This document shows positions 22,040 through 35,400 of a stretch of DNA of 64,000 nucleotides, one piece after another. The position numbers and the translations under genes are program-made. The stretch is from Geosiphon pyriformis uo1 (taxonomy: Eukaryota > Fungi > Glomeromycota), in the NCBI GenBank assembly GCA_016748015.1, contig JAAOMT010000697.1, positions 759,566-823,565 of the forward strand. Direction: 5' to 3'. Position 1 is the first letter of the stretch, and the number at the start of each line of letters is the position of its first letter. The notes under the pieces were generated by a model that did no database searches, was not told where the DNA came from, and saw only the letters and a list, made by a program, of their open reading frames with translations.

Positions 22040-25000
22040 ATGACTTCCCTTCAAAGTTCAGCAAACTCGAACAGAACCAAACTTGTAGATTCTTTAAACA
22101 CCAATATTCTATCATTGGTACGGTTCATTCATGTTTTCAAGTTATATATTGTCCTTTTTTTCGATTGACGAAATTCCCATTTTCGACTTACAACTAATTA
22201 ACGTTTTGGTACTTGCTTAGGCTGGAATCACAAGTATTGGATGGCGAAAGTATACTTATACTTGTAGTTCTGAACAACTCCGAACGTTTGCAAGTTCTGT
22301 TTCTCAATTAAAGCGCCGCTTCGAAGCATACAACTACACACAACGAAACTCAGATACGCTTAGTTTAATTCAAGACCCAATAATAATGAACCAAATTCGA
22401 CTTTTGAACCGCCGAATACCTTGCGTATGGAGATATGCTGACAATTCAACAACAACAACTACTCAGGAAACATCGAAAAATTTTGCACCAAATAAAGTTC
22501 GTTCAAAATCACAACTTGAATTGATTTTTTCACAATCCAATGAAGGGATTGAAACAGAAATTACAAGGGAGTTATGGTTATTTTGGTTGAATCATGAAGA
22601 GAAACCTGAAAATATTGATAACTTGGAAGGGTTAGAAGGTTTGTCTTGAACATAACTTTTTTTTCAATAAAACGCATACATATTAAAAACCTTCATTTCG
22701 TTTAAATGATTCATACGCTTATCAAAAAATAGATTCATCACTCGGTGATTGCAGCTTTTCATGGCAGCAATTAGACTCCCCACCATTGGAATATGAATTA
22801 TTTATAAAAGCATTTAGAAACTTAATTGGCCGGTAAGTTTTTTTCAATCACTTATTAATAACCCTTCATAAAATAATAATGTACACTTGCCTATGCTTGA
22901 ATCCTGGGATGTTAAATCTCGGTCATTGACGTTTCATTAGTCGATTGGTATGCTTTAGCAGCATACTTTTTATAATAGTTCTTATGAACAATCGAGAACT
23001 TAATGCTCCAAGGGAGGTTAATGGCTTTCGCTAATCGCCTCAATAAATTGGATAATGCTTTTTTTATATATTTATTTATTAAAAAAACCCTTTAGCAGAC
23101 AAATACCATACATATTTACGAGATCGTTTGATATTCCTTTCATCATAATTTGATCCTAAAAATTATTTTAATTTTTCAAACAAAGATCAATGATAAATCA
23201 AGGAGGAATTCCCCTCGGCGATTGGTACTCATTTCCTACATTGTCCACTAAAGTGGTTGACGATGGGTAAGTGATATTTGACCTTTCAAAGTTGACTGGA
23301 AGATTAAATTGCTTTATAAATTATAATCGTTTCGTCTAAATTAATATGCTTTTCATTAAATTCATTTTAATTATAACCAAAAATATCTAGTATCCTATCT
23401 TGTAAATTTGATTTGCACCTTTCATCAACAAACCTTATATTTCAACCAGTCGTGAAATATCGAAAAATCCGGCTGCTTCAAGACTCCGATCTTAAAGCCC
23501 CTTCAAGTTCCCGAGTTCTCTTGGCTCCTTCTGGTTTAGAAGCAGAACTTTTACCTGATAATCATATTTCACATGAGAACGCAGCGGCTATTTTCGCCGA
23601 GTTTTATGAATTCTTCAAATTTGACATATTAAATTCAATTGAAGCTATGGATCCATCTCTTCCTGGTCTTGTTAAGGTGAGGTTAACCGATGGAACCTTC
23701 CAAAGAGAAGTACCTTACCCGGCAAGGTATATTTACGTGATTGTCGGCAGCCCGGCCACTCATAACGAAGGAATCATACCCGGAATCGGAAAACGTATCA
23801 CTGCGTTAGATAAAATGTCTGGACAACCAGGAAACTGGCTTTTAAGTTCAATAGAAAGGAATACTCTGCCTGAGAACGATATTGAATGGTGGAATTTTAG
23901 CAATTATATAAAAAGTGTTGATAGCCGAAATCAATCGCAGCAGCATTTACATCGAAATTCTAAAGAAAACAATATGATCTCATCTCACACATTATATTCC
24001 TCAGTACCAGAAACCACAATGACCCCAAATACACCTGGGCTTGCGAATGACTCTTCAAATTCACCCGGAAAACCACAAACTCCACAAATGAAAACCTCTA
24101 CTACTTCACAACCTGCTGCGCATGATACATATCCATCACCCCCAGATGGGCTCAATTCTTCTACACGTGAATATACATCATTTATATCTCCTGATATAAT
24201 TCCTACTGTTACTGAGGATGTCCTTGGTTCTCTACCAGAGCCAGCTCTTTTCATCCCAAATTATGAAACTTATTATGATGACGTGGACAAAAAAATTACT
24301 GAGGATGATTTCGACAAAGATTTTACTGATCAAGATTTTGACTTTTTTGCTTCCAATCACGAGGTTTGTAAATGATATTTAATAAATTAATGAATATGAA
24401 AAAATAATAAATTAGAGTTTTTTTTTTTACTTTGAAAAAATAAATCAAAATTCAGGCACCACCACCCACAAGTGTCAATCATTCTACACCAACTCCCGAA
24501 CTTCCTGGATCAGTTCGTGCAGAGGACCTTTCTAATGAAACACCTGGAGGACACCAATGCCTTACTCCGTTGAATTGCCCTCATTCAACTCCTGACCTTT
24601 CATATATTGTGCAACCAACTAAAAATCCTCTTGTACCTCCTCGATGGGCCCCTTTAATATTTCCTCATATCGATGAATCTAAATATATCAATCCTCAAAT
24701 ACCCTATCATCATTCTCTCAACGCATATTCGATGTCTTCCATTCAAATCTCGATCCCGTCATCTAATTCCTCCAAAAGGAAGCATTCTGATGTTTATCAA
24801 CCCGATTACCGCCCAGCATTTTTGCCAAAAAGAAAAAAGGCTAAAACTGAAAAGAAAAATAAAACTATTGAAACGGAAAACAGTGATACTGAACAAGAAA
24901 ATCAAATGGACGAGGAAATCGACTCTGACTTTTCGAACGACCGTGAGGAAAGCGATAGCTCATCATCCTACTTATCCTTGAGCGAATTTGAAGAAGAAAT

Positions 25001-27698
25001 TGATAACGAAAGTGATACCTCCGAATTCAATCAAGACGATTATGAAGATGAAAACATTGATCGATTTATGGACTATATTAATTGTGCAAGATTCTTTATG
25101 TTATGGGATAACTTTGACAAAATCAGAGACAAGAAATTCACACCTCTTGTCCAAATTACTCCTAATGAACCTCTTGCGAAAAAGGCTGCCTATATATTGC
25201 GTGACCATATTGTGTTTGGTTCTTATCCTTTTGCTGGTGAACACTTAGAAGGTGGTGAAACTACACGCAAGATTAAAGAAAGACAAAGTCGCCTCAAGGA
25301 AGCATTCGATGATGGTGAATAGGGATTATACAATAATAAAGGATGTTTCTAGATTATAGTCTGAATCATTTCTAACTTTAATTTTTTTTTAGAATTACCA
25401 ACTTTTGCCGCGTATCCTAGCGAAGTCAAATCAATAATACAAAGACTGAAGCTGGTTTTGAATGACATACCGAACTCCTTCCCAAAGTCGGGTGATAATT
25501 TGCAACTTTGCGTGAAAGGCCCTCTCAAGATGATAGAGTATTGCACTTTAAATGGTAATTTATTTTCATGAAGTAACCTGAAATTTTCATCTATTTAAAG
25601 ATTTATTTATTTTAAAAAAAAATGAAATTACAGAGCAACATCGATATTCAAACACCAAATTCTCGGTTAAGACAAAACAGCCAGAACCTAATTATCAAAT
25701 TCTACCCTCACCAAATTTGGTTGTTGGTTTCAAGGGTCAATATCATATGGAAGTCTCCACCGACCAGTTGAGATTTTGGGAACGGCACAAACTCGAACCG
25801 CCCGAGGGCAAGAAAAAAATTAGTTATTTCGCTCTATATCCAGAATGTGAACAACTCCGACCTCGAGTATCATCATTCTTTAAAAACATTAGCAGAACTT
25901 ACAAGGTTTGAATTTTTTGAGATTTAATAAAAGGCAAATTATATGGGCCTAACATATTCCCATCTCATATAGAGTTGTGAGCTTGGTACCCATTGTTCGG
26001 AGAAAATGAAGAAAATTGAAGATGGGTTGATACCAGTTAAATTGTTACCAGGCAAGTATAAGTAATGATCGGGTAACAATGGATATTATTTTTTTTTAAC
26101 GCGAATCATTCATCTTTTTTTCTTCTTTGTTCATAGCTATCCATAATAAATCGGATACTCGTCGAGCTCTGGAAAGTTATGAATTCCTGTGTGACGAACT
26201 TGGTAATACCTCGAGTTCTCACTGAAAAATACTCGATCAAGATTTCTATACCTTGCTAGAACACAAGTTTTACTTATTATTTCCTTCTCATAGGTCTGAA
26301 GTTGAGCGAGATTCTTAGAGCCAAAAAGAAGAACAAGGAGTTAAACCACATTTTGATTTATATGATCAGTCCTTTCACACATCCGACCGCCTATTTCGAT
26401 TTGTGTAAGCTGTTCGCAAAGCTACAATCACATCTAAAGGAACACCTAAAAAAATTCCCCGGTGATGTCCAACTGTCCGAGTATGTCGTATTACAGATAG
26501 TGCCGATTGATCACGTAATTAAATTTAGTACGAACGGAGGTACTCATAAAAAAGGTCTCATGGACATAGCATTTTCGGTCTACACTCGAGCAGCAGTAAG
26601 TGTTTTCTTTCATTTACAAAATTTTATACATTTTTTATTTAAAGATTTCCCAGAATAATCATATTAAAATGATGTAATAACATTACTATAAATCTTAACA
26701 GCTTCCCAACGAATACGTTCCTCCGTATTTGTTGCCATATCCAGCCCCGGTCAATATAAATTTCCAATTATCTGAAAAACTGCCATCTCGTGAGGAACTC
26801 GTAGAAACTGGAATCTCGCTTCATATTGCCTATGGCTACACCCCCGATAGACGTTGGCTAACAAGCGTTTTTACTGACAATGTCGGTAATGTACTTTTAA
26901 CAAGTACATTGCCATTGAGGGTTAATAATATTGTGGTAAATTTGCGAAAAAAACTGGTGAAGATTTTTTGTCGGAAAAAAACGAAATTTACATAAATTCA
27001 TAAAATCTTTTGTTCTAGGTCCCACTTCGACCCTTGTTCGAGGAGGTATGGAAACGAGCTCGGGAGTTAAAGGAAGGATTAGATGGGTGTCTTCAAATTG
27101 TCATTTGCAAATTCGGTGAGATGAAAATCGAAGAGCGAACAAGTAAGCAGTTTCAAGGTTCCTCAAATTGGTTGAAAATTAAAACTATATTTTTAATCTT
27201 TTTTACAATTTTCTAATTTAATAGCATGGTTGAATATAACAGAGGCAATGGCGCCAATTATCTCTGTTGGAATGAACCCGTCTTTCTGCCCAGTCGATGT
27301 GTCCCACGAAGACACAGCTAAAGTATACGGAATGGTACTTAACCATCCTATTCCACATAAAGGGTTTCGACCTGCTGCAAGTGGTTATTTACTGGAAGTG
27401 GCTTCCGACAGGGGACCACTTTCAACTTTGGAGGTAATGTCTACGATCAAACTTAAAATCTTGAAAAAACCCAATTCATTTTTCTAAATTCCCACATCTC
27501 TGTCTGATCATACAGGTTCATCTGCTTCACAGGCCAAATAGCACTGATAAAGGTGCCTTCCTTATGCTCTGGGAAATTCTCCGAGAGTTGCACGCCCTTT
27601 CTCGCCTAGATACTACTCCAATCAAGAACAATTGTTTACCGATACATCTCCTACTTGTCGAGCGATTGACCAGAGGAATGCTTGGCATAGCAATGTAG
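22040..27698 (+). CDS. MED13: Mediator kinase-module subunit Med13 (Ssn2/Srb9), 15 exons, ~1379 aa
   Basis: Exons 22040-22117, 22221-22638, 22733-22832, 23186-23266, 23391-24363, 24456-25314, 25393-25554, 25634-25905, 25973-26051, 26137-26202, 26294-26595, 26702-26935, 27019-27142, 27225-27433, 27516-27698 sum to 4140 nt in frame. Motifs: ELWLFW, YELFIKAL, IPLGDWY, YPSPPD, ITEDDFD, LRFWE..LEP..GKK, CELGTH, LHIAY..D.RWL..VFTD..G, LPIHL. Confidence 0.9.
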
Positions 27699-28243
27699 AT
27701 TAACAATGGTGTGCTAATTTTGGTATCAAAGATAGCAATGTATATATAATTTAAAATAAAATGCTATCTCGTAATAAGATCTTGTATTGTATTCCAAATG
27801 TTAACATGATGATTCGTTTTATTAAGCTATCGTATCTTCATTCCGCGAATCTGGTTATATGATATTACCAAAGGAATTTTTCGAGGGTGAGCCAACGAGA
27901 GACATTTCTGTCAGCCATTTTGAGATTCTCCTCAGCCCTCTTCTGACAAATATACTCTGATTAGTCTTAACCAAATTATAGTTCGCTACGTTCTTTGCAA
28001 GAAGCTACTAACGTGATCCAGAGATAAGGTAACCCCAAGGGCCTAAAACTCTATTGGCCTAGCCTCCTGATTTTCAACTTTTTTTTACCTTCAATTGTGT
28101 CACCAGAAATTATCGGCGGTAATGTGATCAGCCCCGAGGTTACATGAAGCGTAGATCGCCCCCGATATATCAGATAAACCAAAAAAATATGGCTGTAGGA
28201 CAGTCATATTTTTCATATTTTTCCTCCTAAGAGGTTTAGAGAA

Positions 28244-28792
28244 ATGTCAATCGGGGTACCCATCAAACTTTTACACGAAGCTCAAGGTCATGTTGTAACG
28301 CTCGAGTTAAACAATGGCACTGTATACAGAGGAAAATTATCGGAGGGTAGGTTTTGTTTTTATTGTAAAAAGTTATCCAACTCATCCCAACTTAATGATT
28401 CGCTGTTTCACGGATCTTTACAAAAGCTGAAGATAACATGAACGTGCAACTCCGTGAAATCACGGTTACTGCTCGTGACGGACGTGTCTCACAGTTAGAC
28501 CAGGTGTATATTAGAGGATCGCATGTTCGCTTCTTCATCGTACCTGATATGTTGAAAAACGCACCAATGTTTAAAAAGATAGGCCCAAACGCAATGAAGG
28601 GTAGAGGCATTGGATTAGGAAGAGGAAAGGCTACCGTTGCCCGAGCGCAAGGTTTGTTCCAAGATCCTTTATTGTTAAAAAATAAAAGGCTATTAATTTT
28701 GAACTTTGATTTCCTTTATCAAAGCGAGGGGTGGACGTGGGAGAGGTTTTCGCGGTGGTCCAAGAGGGCTTCCACGCGGGGGTCGCCCATAA
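28244..28792 (+). CDS. SMD3: Small nuclear ribonucleoprotein Sm D3, 3 exons
   Basis: Exons 28244-28346, 28427-28651, 28725-28792: [21 protein letters not shown]...AEDNMNVQL...[22 protein letters not shown] plus RG/RGG tail. Confidence 0.97.
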
Positions 28793-30029
28793 AAAACGCT
28801 CAAGAGTCAACTTGGCAACAGAAATCCAGGCTCAGCATAATAGTGTTTGGTTAACTGGATCAATCATGTTCAATTGACTACAAAATCTGCTCAAAGATAT
28901 TATATTGGAAGATGAAGAGATATTTGCTCTTAGAAGCGTCATATATTATGTAAACAGGCTTGTCTTTTTTTGCTTTTAATTGTATTTTCTAAAAAATCTA
29001 TAGCTGTTTTCCAATATTTAGGTTGTTTCCATCTATTTCCCACGATTTTTCTGGAAACAATCGTACTTTTTGTCAAAATTTTTTTGGTCCAATCTGAATT
29101 CCCGATTGGCTGCTAAGTGAGATCTAACTTAAATGTCGGAAAGGGAGCTGAACATAAAATATTTCAAAAATGATACTTTCATTGAAGAGGTATTTTTTAC
29201 TATTTCTGTTTAAATTTTGGTTCAAAAATTTTTATCGATAAAAAACGGTTAAATTTTGTCAGTTTTCGACGTTAAACTTATCTATCAAGCGAGAGGAGAG
29301 GTTTTATGGTGATCAATGAGGGCTTTTGCATGATGATTATCTGTTGATTTTAAAATGTATTCATGAAATAAAAATATAATTGAATTTCACAATTTAATAT
29401 TATGAATTGATAAAAAAAAATTGGTACAAATATTATGCATGTAATTTTAATTTTCATTCAACTTTCATTATGAATTATTTTTCTACTAAGTTTTTAAACA
29501 AAGTATTATAATTCAATTTGGTTTTATGTAATTTTTAATAAAAATTAATTAATATGGGTCATGTTTTTAAGTTTAAAAATAAAAAAAAACCTGAATACTT
29601 ATAATATTAAAATTATATAATTGAATAAAATGTTAATTATTATTAAAAATCTTTAATTTTATGATTACAATTAAAGCAAAAAGTAAAAAAGTTTTAAACA
29701 TTATTTTTTTTATAATAACTAATAAAATTTTAACAAAAGAAAATTTTTTTATTATAAAACAGCTAAACAAAATATTTTGGCAATATTTCTTTTAAATATT
29801 GATAATAAAAAACTGTCTTTGGTAATTTTTAAAGCATTTTTCTTTATCTTTAGCTAGTAATTCTTTTTTAATTATAGTTTTTTCGAAAAAACACATTAGA
29901 GTTAGTTTTAATATTGTTTTTAAAAGTTCTAAAGTTTTTAACAATAGACTAATTAATAAACTAATATTATAATTTAAGAATTTATAAGAAGTATAAAATA
30001 ATTTAATTATTTAATCATAATATAATACA

Positions 30030-30755
30030 ATAATAATTTACATAATAACAACTATTAAATAATATTAATAATAAGCAATATTTTATAATAACAACAATAA
30101 ACATTATTTAGAAATATCAAAAATAGAATATTATAATATATTTTTTCATAGAATTACAAATATATATTATATATATATAATAGTTTTAATATTAAGAAAA
30201 AAAAACATCTAAATATTTTTTATTTTTTTTGTTTAATTATTTTTTTAGTTTTTATTTTTTAAATAAAATTTTAATCAATTAAAAAAATCAATATTAAAAC
30301 TCAAATTACTATTGTAAATTTATTAAAAAACTTATTGTATCTCTTTATTAAATAAAGCTATTATTTATTAACTGAATTTTTTGAAAAAATAATTTCTAAT
30401 CAAAATTATTTACATTATTATTAATTAATTAAAGCTTTTTTATTAAAATTAGGAAAAACACAAAAAAATCATTAATATTTTGTGTTTTTAAATTAAAAAA
30501 ACACTTTAAATAATTACAAAAATATATTATAATAACAGCAAATAAATTTCAAATTAGTTTTTGGAAAAAAATATATAAATATACAATATAATCAAAATTT
30601 AAAAAAATTTACATTATAATATTAATAAAAAATCTTTAACATAATACAATTATTATTATACAACCAAAATTAAAAAACTTACAAAAGATTAATTATAATT
30701 AAATTAAGAATATTAATAATTAATATACCAAAAAAATGCTTTTATAATACTAATT
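30030..30755 (+). repeat. Hyper-AT dispersed repeat, probable decayed solo LTR (copy 1)
   Basis: Colinear with 41255-41877 (e.g. tatatatataatagttttaat, aaaattatttacattattattaattaatt, tattaataattaatataccaaaaaaa). Confidence 0.6.
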
Positions 30756-31299
30756 TTTTTTGTTTTTATTCTTATTATTATTATTATTATTACTTTATAA
30801 AAACCAAAAACTTTAAAAAACAATAAAAATTATTTGTGTTTAATATTATTTTTTGTAATTTTAAATAAAATTTTAAATAAAATTTTTACAGTTATATTTG
30901 ATTTTTTTTTAATATAAATAATAACAACAATAATATGTTTTTTAAAATAAGCCAAAATTACTGATTATATTATCAAATATAATATTTTTTGGTATTGTTT
31001 TTAATAATATTTAGAAAACAATTTTTAGTTGTTAAAAGTTCTCTAAATAAGTAGTTTTTATTTTTGTGTCTAATATTATATTTAAAATCAAATTGGTTTT
31101 ATTGATTTTTTAGTTAAGTTATTGTTTGGTTTTATTAAATTTAAGTTAGTTTTAAAAAACAATATTAAGTTGTTTTATATAAATTTTGCTTTTAAAACTT
31201 TTTTAATTATTGTTATTAAAATTTTTATTGGTAATTTTTTTTTTAACTATACTTTAGATTATAAGTTTTTTATAATAGCTTTTGTTTTTTTTATTTTTA

Positions 31300-32078
31300 T
31301 TTTTTTTTTATTAAATTTAATGAGCAAAGTCCAAATACTGCCTAGTAACAATACATCAAAATAATAATCTATACTAGGTGTGAATCATGCTTTTACTACA
31401 CGTGACTAGTCATTCAAGCCAACCAGGACTACACTATATATTCACGGACATAGAAACCAAATTATCTATATCTGAAAAAAACTAATAGGAACTATGCAAC
31501 CCAAAACTAACACCAAATGCATTATTAATACCAAGCAGTCTAATCACATAGGCCAAAAGCATTGATATGCCACCAGACACTGAGACAAAAATTGAACTAT
31601 TACAAGAGATCAAACTGTGTTTTTCCATAAAAGCTTGATACTTAGAGTAGACCAGCCAAATATCATTCCTAAAAGACAAGCACAAACTGTGAACAAATTC
31701 AACCACCTTATCAGATACAGTTTTAGAGTCATCAAAGCAGGAAGCGGCCTCCTAGTACCAATTTACAAGCACAAAACTTTTGCACAAAGAAGCAACCAGA
31801 CCCAAATCAGTCAAATGATCAGATAACATTTGTAACACAAGAGATAAGGCATGGAATAGACCAGAAACAACTCTCCAAGTAGAAGCAAAATCAATAAACA
31901 ATTGGAGCTAAACAGCTGCATCAAATGCACAAGAGAACACATAGTCTGACACTTCAACATCATCACAATACAAACACACTACACTGAGATAACATTTATT
32001 ATAGAGACATTTGTGAACAGCAACAAGCAGTCTATGATGTAAAGCTTTCATAAAATAGAAACAAGAGCCAGCAGAATA
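31300..32078 (-). mobile_element. LINE copy 2, 5'-truncated
   Basis: SYFMKALHHRLLVAV...CLYCDDVEVSDYVFSC...DIWLV; conserved 3' UTR at 31315-31435. Confidence 0.88.
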
Positions 32079-32084
32079 GTGATT

Positions 32085-32299
32085 TTTTATTTGCTATTAT
32101 ATTTTATAATATTTTTTTAAATACATTTTTTAATAATATTAAAAATATTTTTAGTGTTTTTGGTATTGTTGCTTTGATTAAATTAAAGTTTATTAATTTA
32201 TAATAATATTCTATTGTTTATTTTAAGAACTTTTTTTTGCAGTTGTTATTCTTGCTAATTGGTTTATATTAATTAAAAAAAATAGTATTAGAATTTTTT
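32085..32299 (+). mobile_element. Relic LINE ORF1 (older family), left part; continues at 39087
   Basis: Reads IFLNTFFNNIKNIFSVFGIVALIKLKFINL**YSIVYFK...ANWFILIKKNSIRIF. This is a C>T/G>A-saturated version of the ORF1 motif seen in the younger copies (FG..KLIKMQLVGLWQK.VV.F...WSFLIEKNSVR). Confidence 0.6.
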
Positions 32300-32427
32300 T
32301 TTTATTAACATTTAACGAGCGAAGTCCAAACACTGTCTAGTGCAATACATCATATAAATGATCTAAACTAGGTGTGAATCATGCATTATTCACACATGAC
32401 CAGCCACTCGGACCAATCAGGACAACA

Positions 32428-35400
32428 CTAAGCACCTATATGAACAGAAACCTTACCCCCTATGCCAAAAAAAAACAAACAAAACTTATGGAATCCAAAA
32501 CTGACACCAATCGCCTCAGCAACACCCAGCAGCTGAGTCACACCAGATGACAGCCCTAAAGAAAGCCCAGAAATCAAGACAGGAACTGACCCATTACATG
32601 GAATAAGCCCATTCTTTTCCATAAAAGCACGGTGCTTGGCACAAACCAACCAAATGTCTTCCCAAAAAGCCAAGCTAAACTCATGCACAAAGGCCATAAT
32701 AGTCTGACCCACTATCCTGGAATCCTTGAAAACAGAAACAGACTCATGAAACCAATCCTTGAAAACAAAACCTTTGCATAGAGCAATACTAACTGAAATG
32801 TCAGATACACAAGTAGACATCAGCTAAGAAAGAATAAGCCAAACCAGAGCGCACACCCCAAACTGCTGCATAAGTGTCCAACAACTGAGCACGACCATTG
32901 GCATCAAATGAACAAGAAAACACATGGTCTGAGACCTCAACATCACCGCAAAACAAACATGTCACACTGGGTATCACTTATCATAAAACCACTTACGCAC
33001 GGCAACAGAGAGCCGATGGTGCAATGCCTTCATAAAGTAAGTCTGAAAGCCAGCAGTCTGCTTGTTAGTGAAGTCAGCAGCCATGTGAGAATCCGGATGC
33101 CAAACCAGCAATAACCTAAACCAATCAATATTTGTGCACAGACTATTCACCACCACTCTCATACCACAACTGATTTCCCAATGTGCACAATAAACTGACC
33201 AAAAAATATCCCGAACAAAATGTCTAGAATTACCAGAAATGGCTGCTCCCCCACCTCTAAGATAGCGTTCATTAACAGAATGAGGCAAATGCCAACCAGA
33301 GAGAGCTGCAGCCCTGGCCAACTTATCAGCTCGTTCATTACCTAAAACTCCTGAATGTTCTTTTACCTTACACCAATTAACTTTTAAATTCTTATGATGA
33401 ATGACATTAACAATATGGCGGCATTCAATCCAACACTGATTCCTAAAATCTGGGCGAACCAATTCTATTTCCAACTTGCAAGCATTCAAAGCAGCCTGAC
33501 TGTCTGAGAACAAGTCGACCGAGCGAGAAAAAGGGACGCACTTAAATGCCAGAGCAATAGTCTGCAGTTCCGCCAAGGTAGAAGACATCAAACCAGATAC
33601 TCCCACACCCAAACCCATACCAATGTCCTCAAAGAAAACAGCAGCCCTAGCTTTCATATCAACAGTCCCTAAATCACTTAGAGATCCATCTGTGTAAACG
33701 GAAAGACGACCAACATTAGAATTGAATAAACCGGCACCAATAATGCCAAACTCATGAGACTGAAGAACATCTGAAGAGCCGCAATCAGCCGAAAGTGTGG
33801 AGCAGACAGGAAGAGAAGACACACCACCAAGAAAATGAACCAACAGCTCAAACCAGACAGGAATCAGACCATGTAGGTCTAACCGTTTCCACCGTTTGAA
33901 GGTTTTCCACTTGAAAACAGCCCCATTTCGGTCTCATAGCTGGTCTACGAAAGCAATCTCATAATGCTGAAGTGACGAAACACTCTTGACATAATTTGAT
34001 TTACCAAGAACAAGAGACATAGGGGTTTCACCCCAATGACGAAAAGCGCTAGGCAGAAAGCCACCCAATAACAAATCACACCCAGAGAAAATATGCACCA
34101 CACCTGCCAGAAAATTGTTTAGAGAATTGACCTTGACACGAACCGGACACTGCAAAAGATGTAGTGGGTGCCACCAGAGGACCTGAAGATCATGTAACTG
34201 GTAAGAAAATAGATGCCCCAAAATTTCAACAGAGTTCGCGAAGGAAACGACCAAAGCCATCTTGCTCTCAGCTTGAACTTGTTCAAAAGTCTTCAAACCA
34301 TACAGAGAGGGATGATGAATCACATCATTGGGAAAATCACATGGCAAACCAGACTTAGATCTCAAGCCCTTACGAATCAAAGTGTCCCACTTTCCACAAG
34401 CACTAATAGGAACGTAACTGAACTGTGTCCTATATTCAATGATAAAAAAGAGGACCGCTGAAACCAAATATGAAAATTGCTTATCAGATACCGCCTTTCT
34501 CAGGACTAAATTAGAAAAAAACCAGACATCAGAATGCACCTTAGCCAAGCTAGGCTTCGAAAGACCCTCAGTTGACAAATAGATCCCCAAATAGTGATGC
34601 GATTCCCCCTTCTTGGCAATAGAAATGGGTGATCTGCTGATCAGCAAAAAGGAAGCCATACCATCACAATTAATGGGAATGGCAACAGTCTTATTATTAT
34701 TAATTGAGATGTCATTGATACTGAAAAATTCACTAGCAATGTTGAGAATGTGTTGTGTGGCACTTTGACTGCTGTCAACCTAAATAGTATCATCAACAAA
34801 GGCACCTGTTGTGAAAAATGAGGATACACCGGCCCGAGACTCAGCACAACCACATCCAGAAATAAAATAAGAATTCAATCTATAATCACACCCATCTGCC
34901 TGTCTTTTAACTTCATATAAAAGGGGATCATAAAATATGCGCCAGAGAAGCGGTAAGAACACCTCTCCCTGGTCCAAGCCATCATGCACTTCGTATCTGT
35001 CCATCAAACCAAAATCTGTCATAACTCTGTTAACATAACCATTGTGGATGCCGCCAAAGAACCTAATGAATCTGCAACACATCTTTATCCTAACCAAACT
35101 GTCCCGAAAGTGTTCCCACCCAACAGAATCATAAGCCTTCCACATGTCTTGTAAGACCAACCAGAGCTCACGATTCTTCTCCAAAGCATCCTCAATAACT
35201 GAACCAATGGCAAAAATGGGAAACTGTGTTGCTGTACCCTTTAAAACCAAAAAATTGTCCCCATACAGAACGTCAAAAGTACTACAAGCCAATGAGATCT
35301 TATCTGAAAGAATCTTGGAAAGAATCTTGTGGGCAGTCTCAATCAAGGCAATAGGTCGGGTGTTCGTAAGAACTCCTTCTCACTTATATGGCTTAGGGAT

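Noticed and set aside
22881-23060. U1 snRNA variant or TPP riboswitch in the MED13 intron
   Set aside because: Only an 8-nt resemblance to the U1 5' end; no U1 loop motifs or Sm site; no CUGAGA/CUGAU TPP core.
32395-32425. tRNA A-box-like TGGTCCGAGTGG or hammerhead-like CTGA in the LINE 3' UTR
   Set aside because: No cloverleaf or convincing B-box; the CUGANGA/GAAA core is not conserved across copies.
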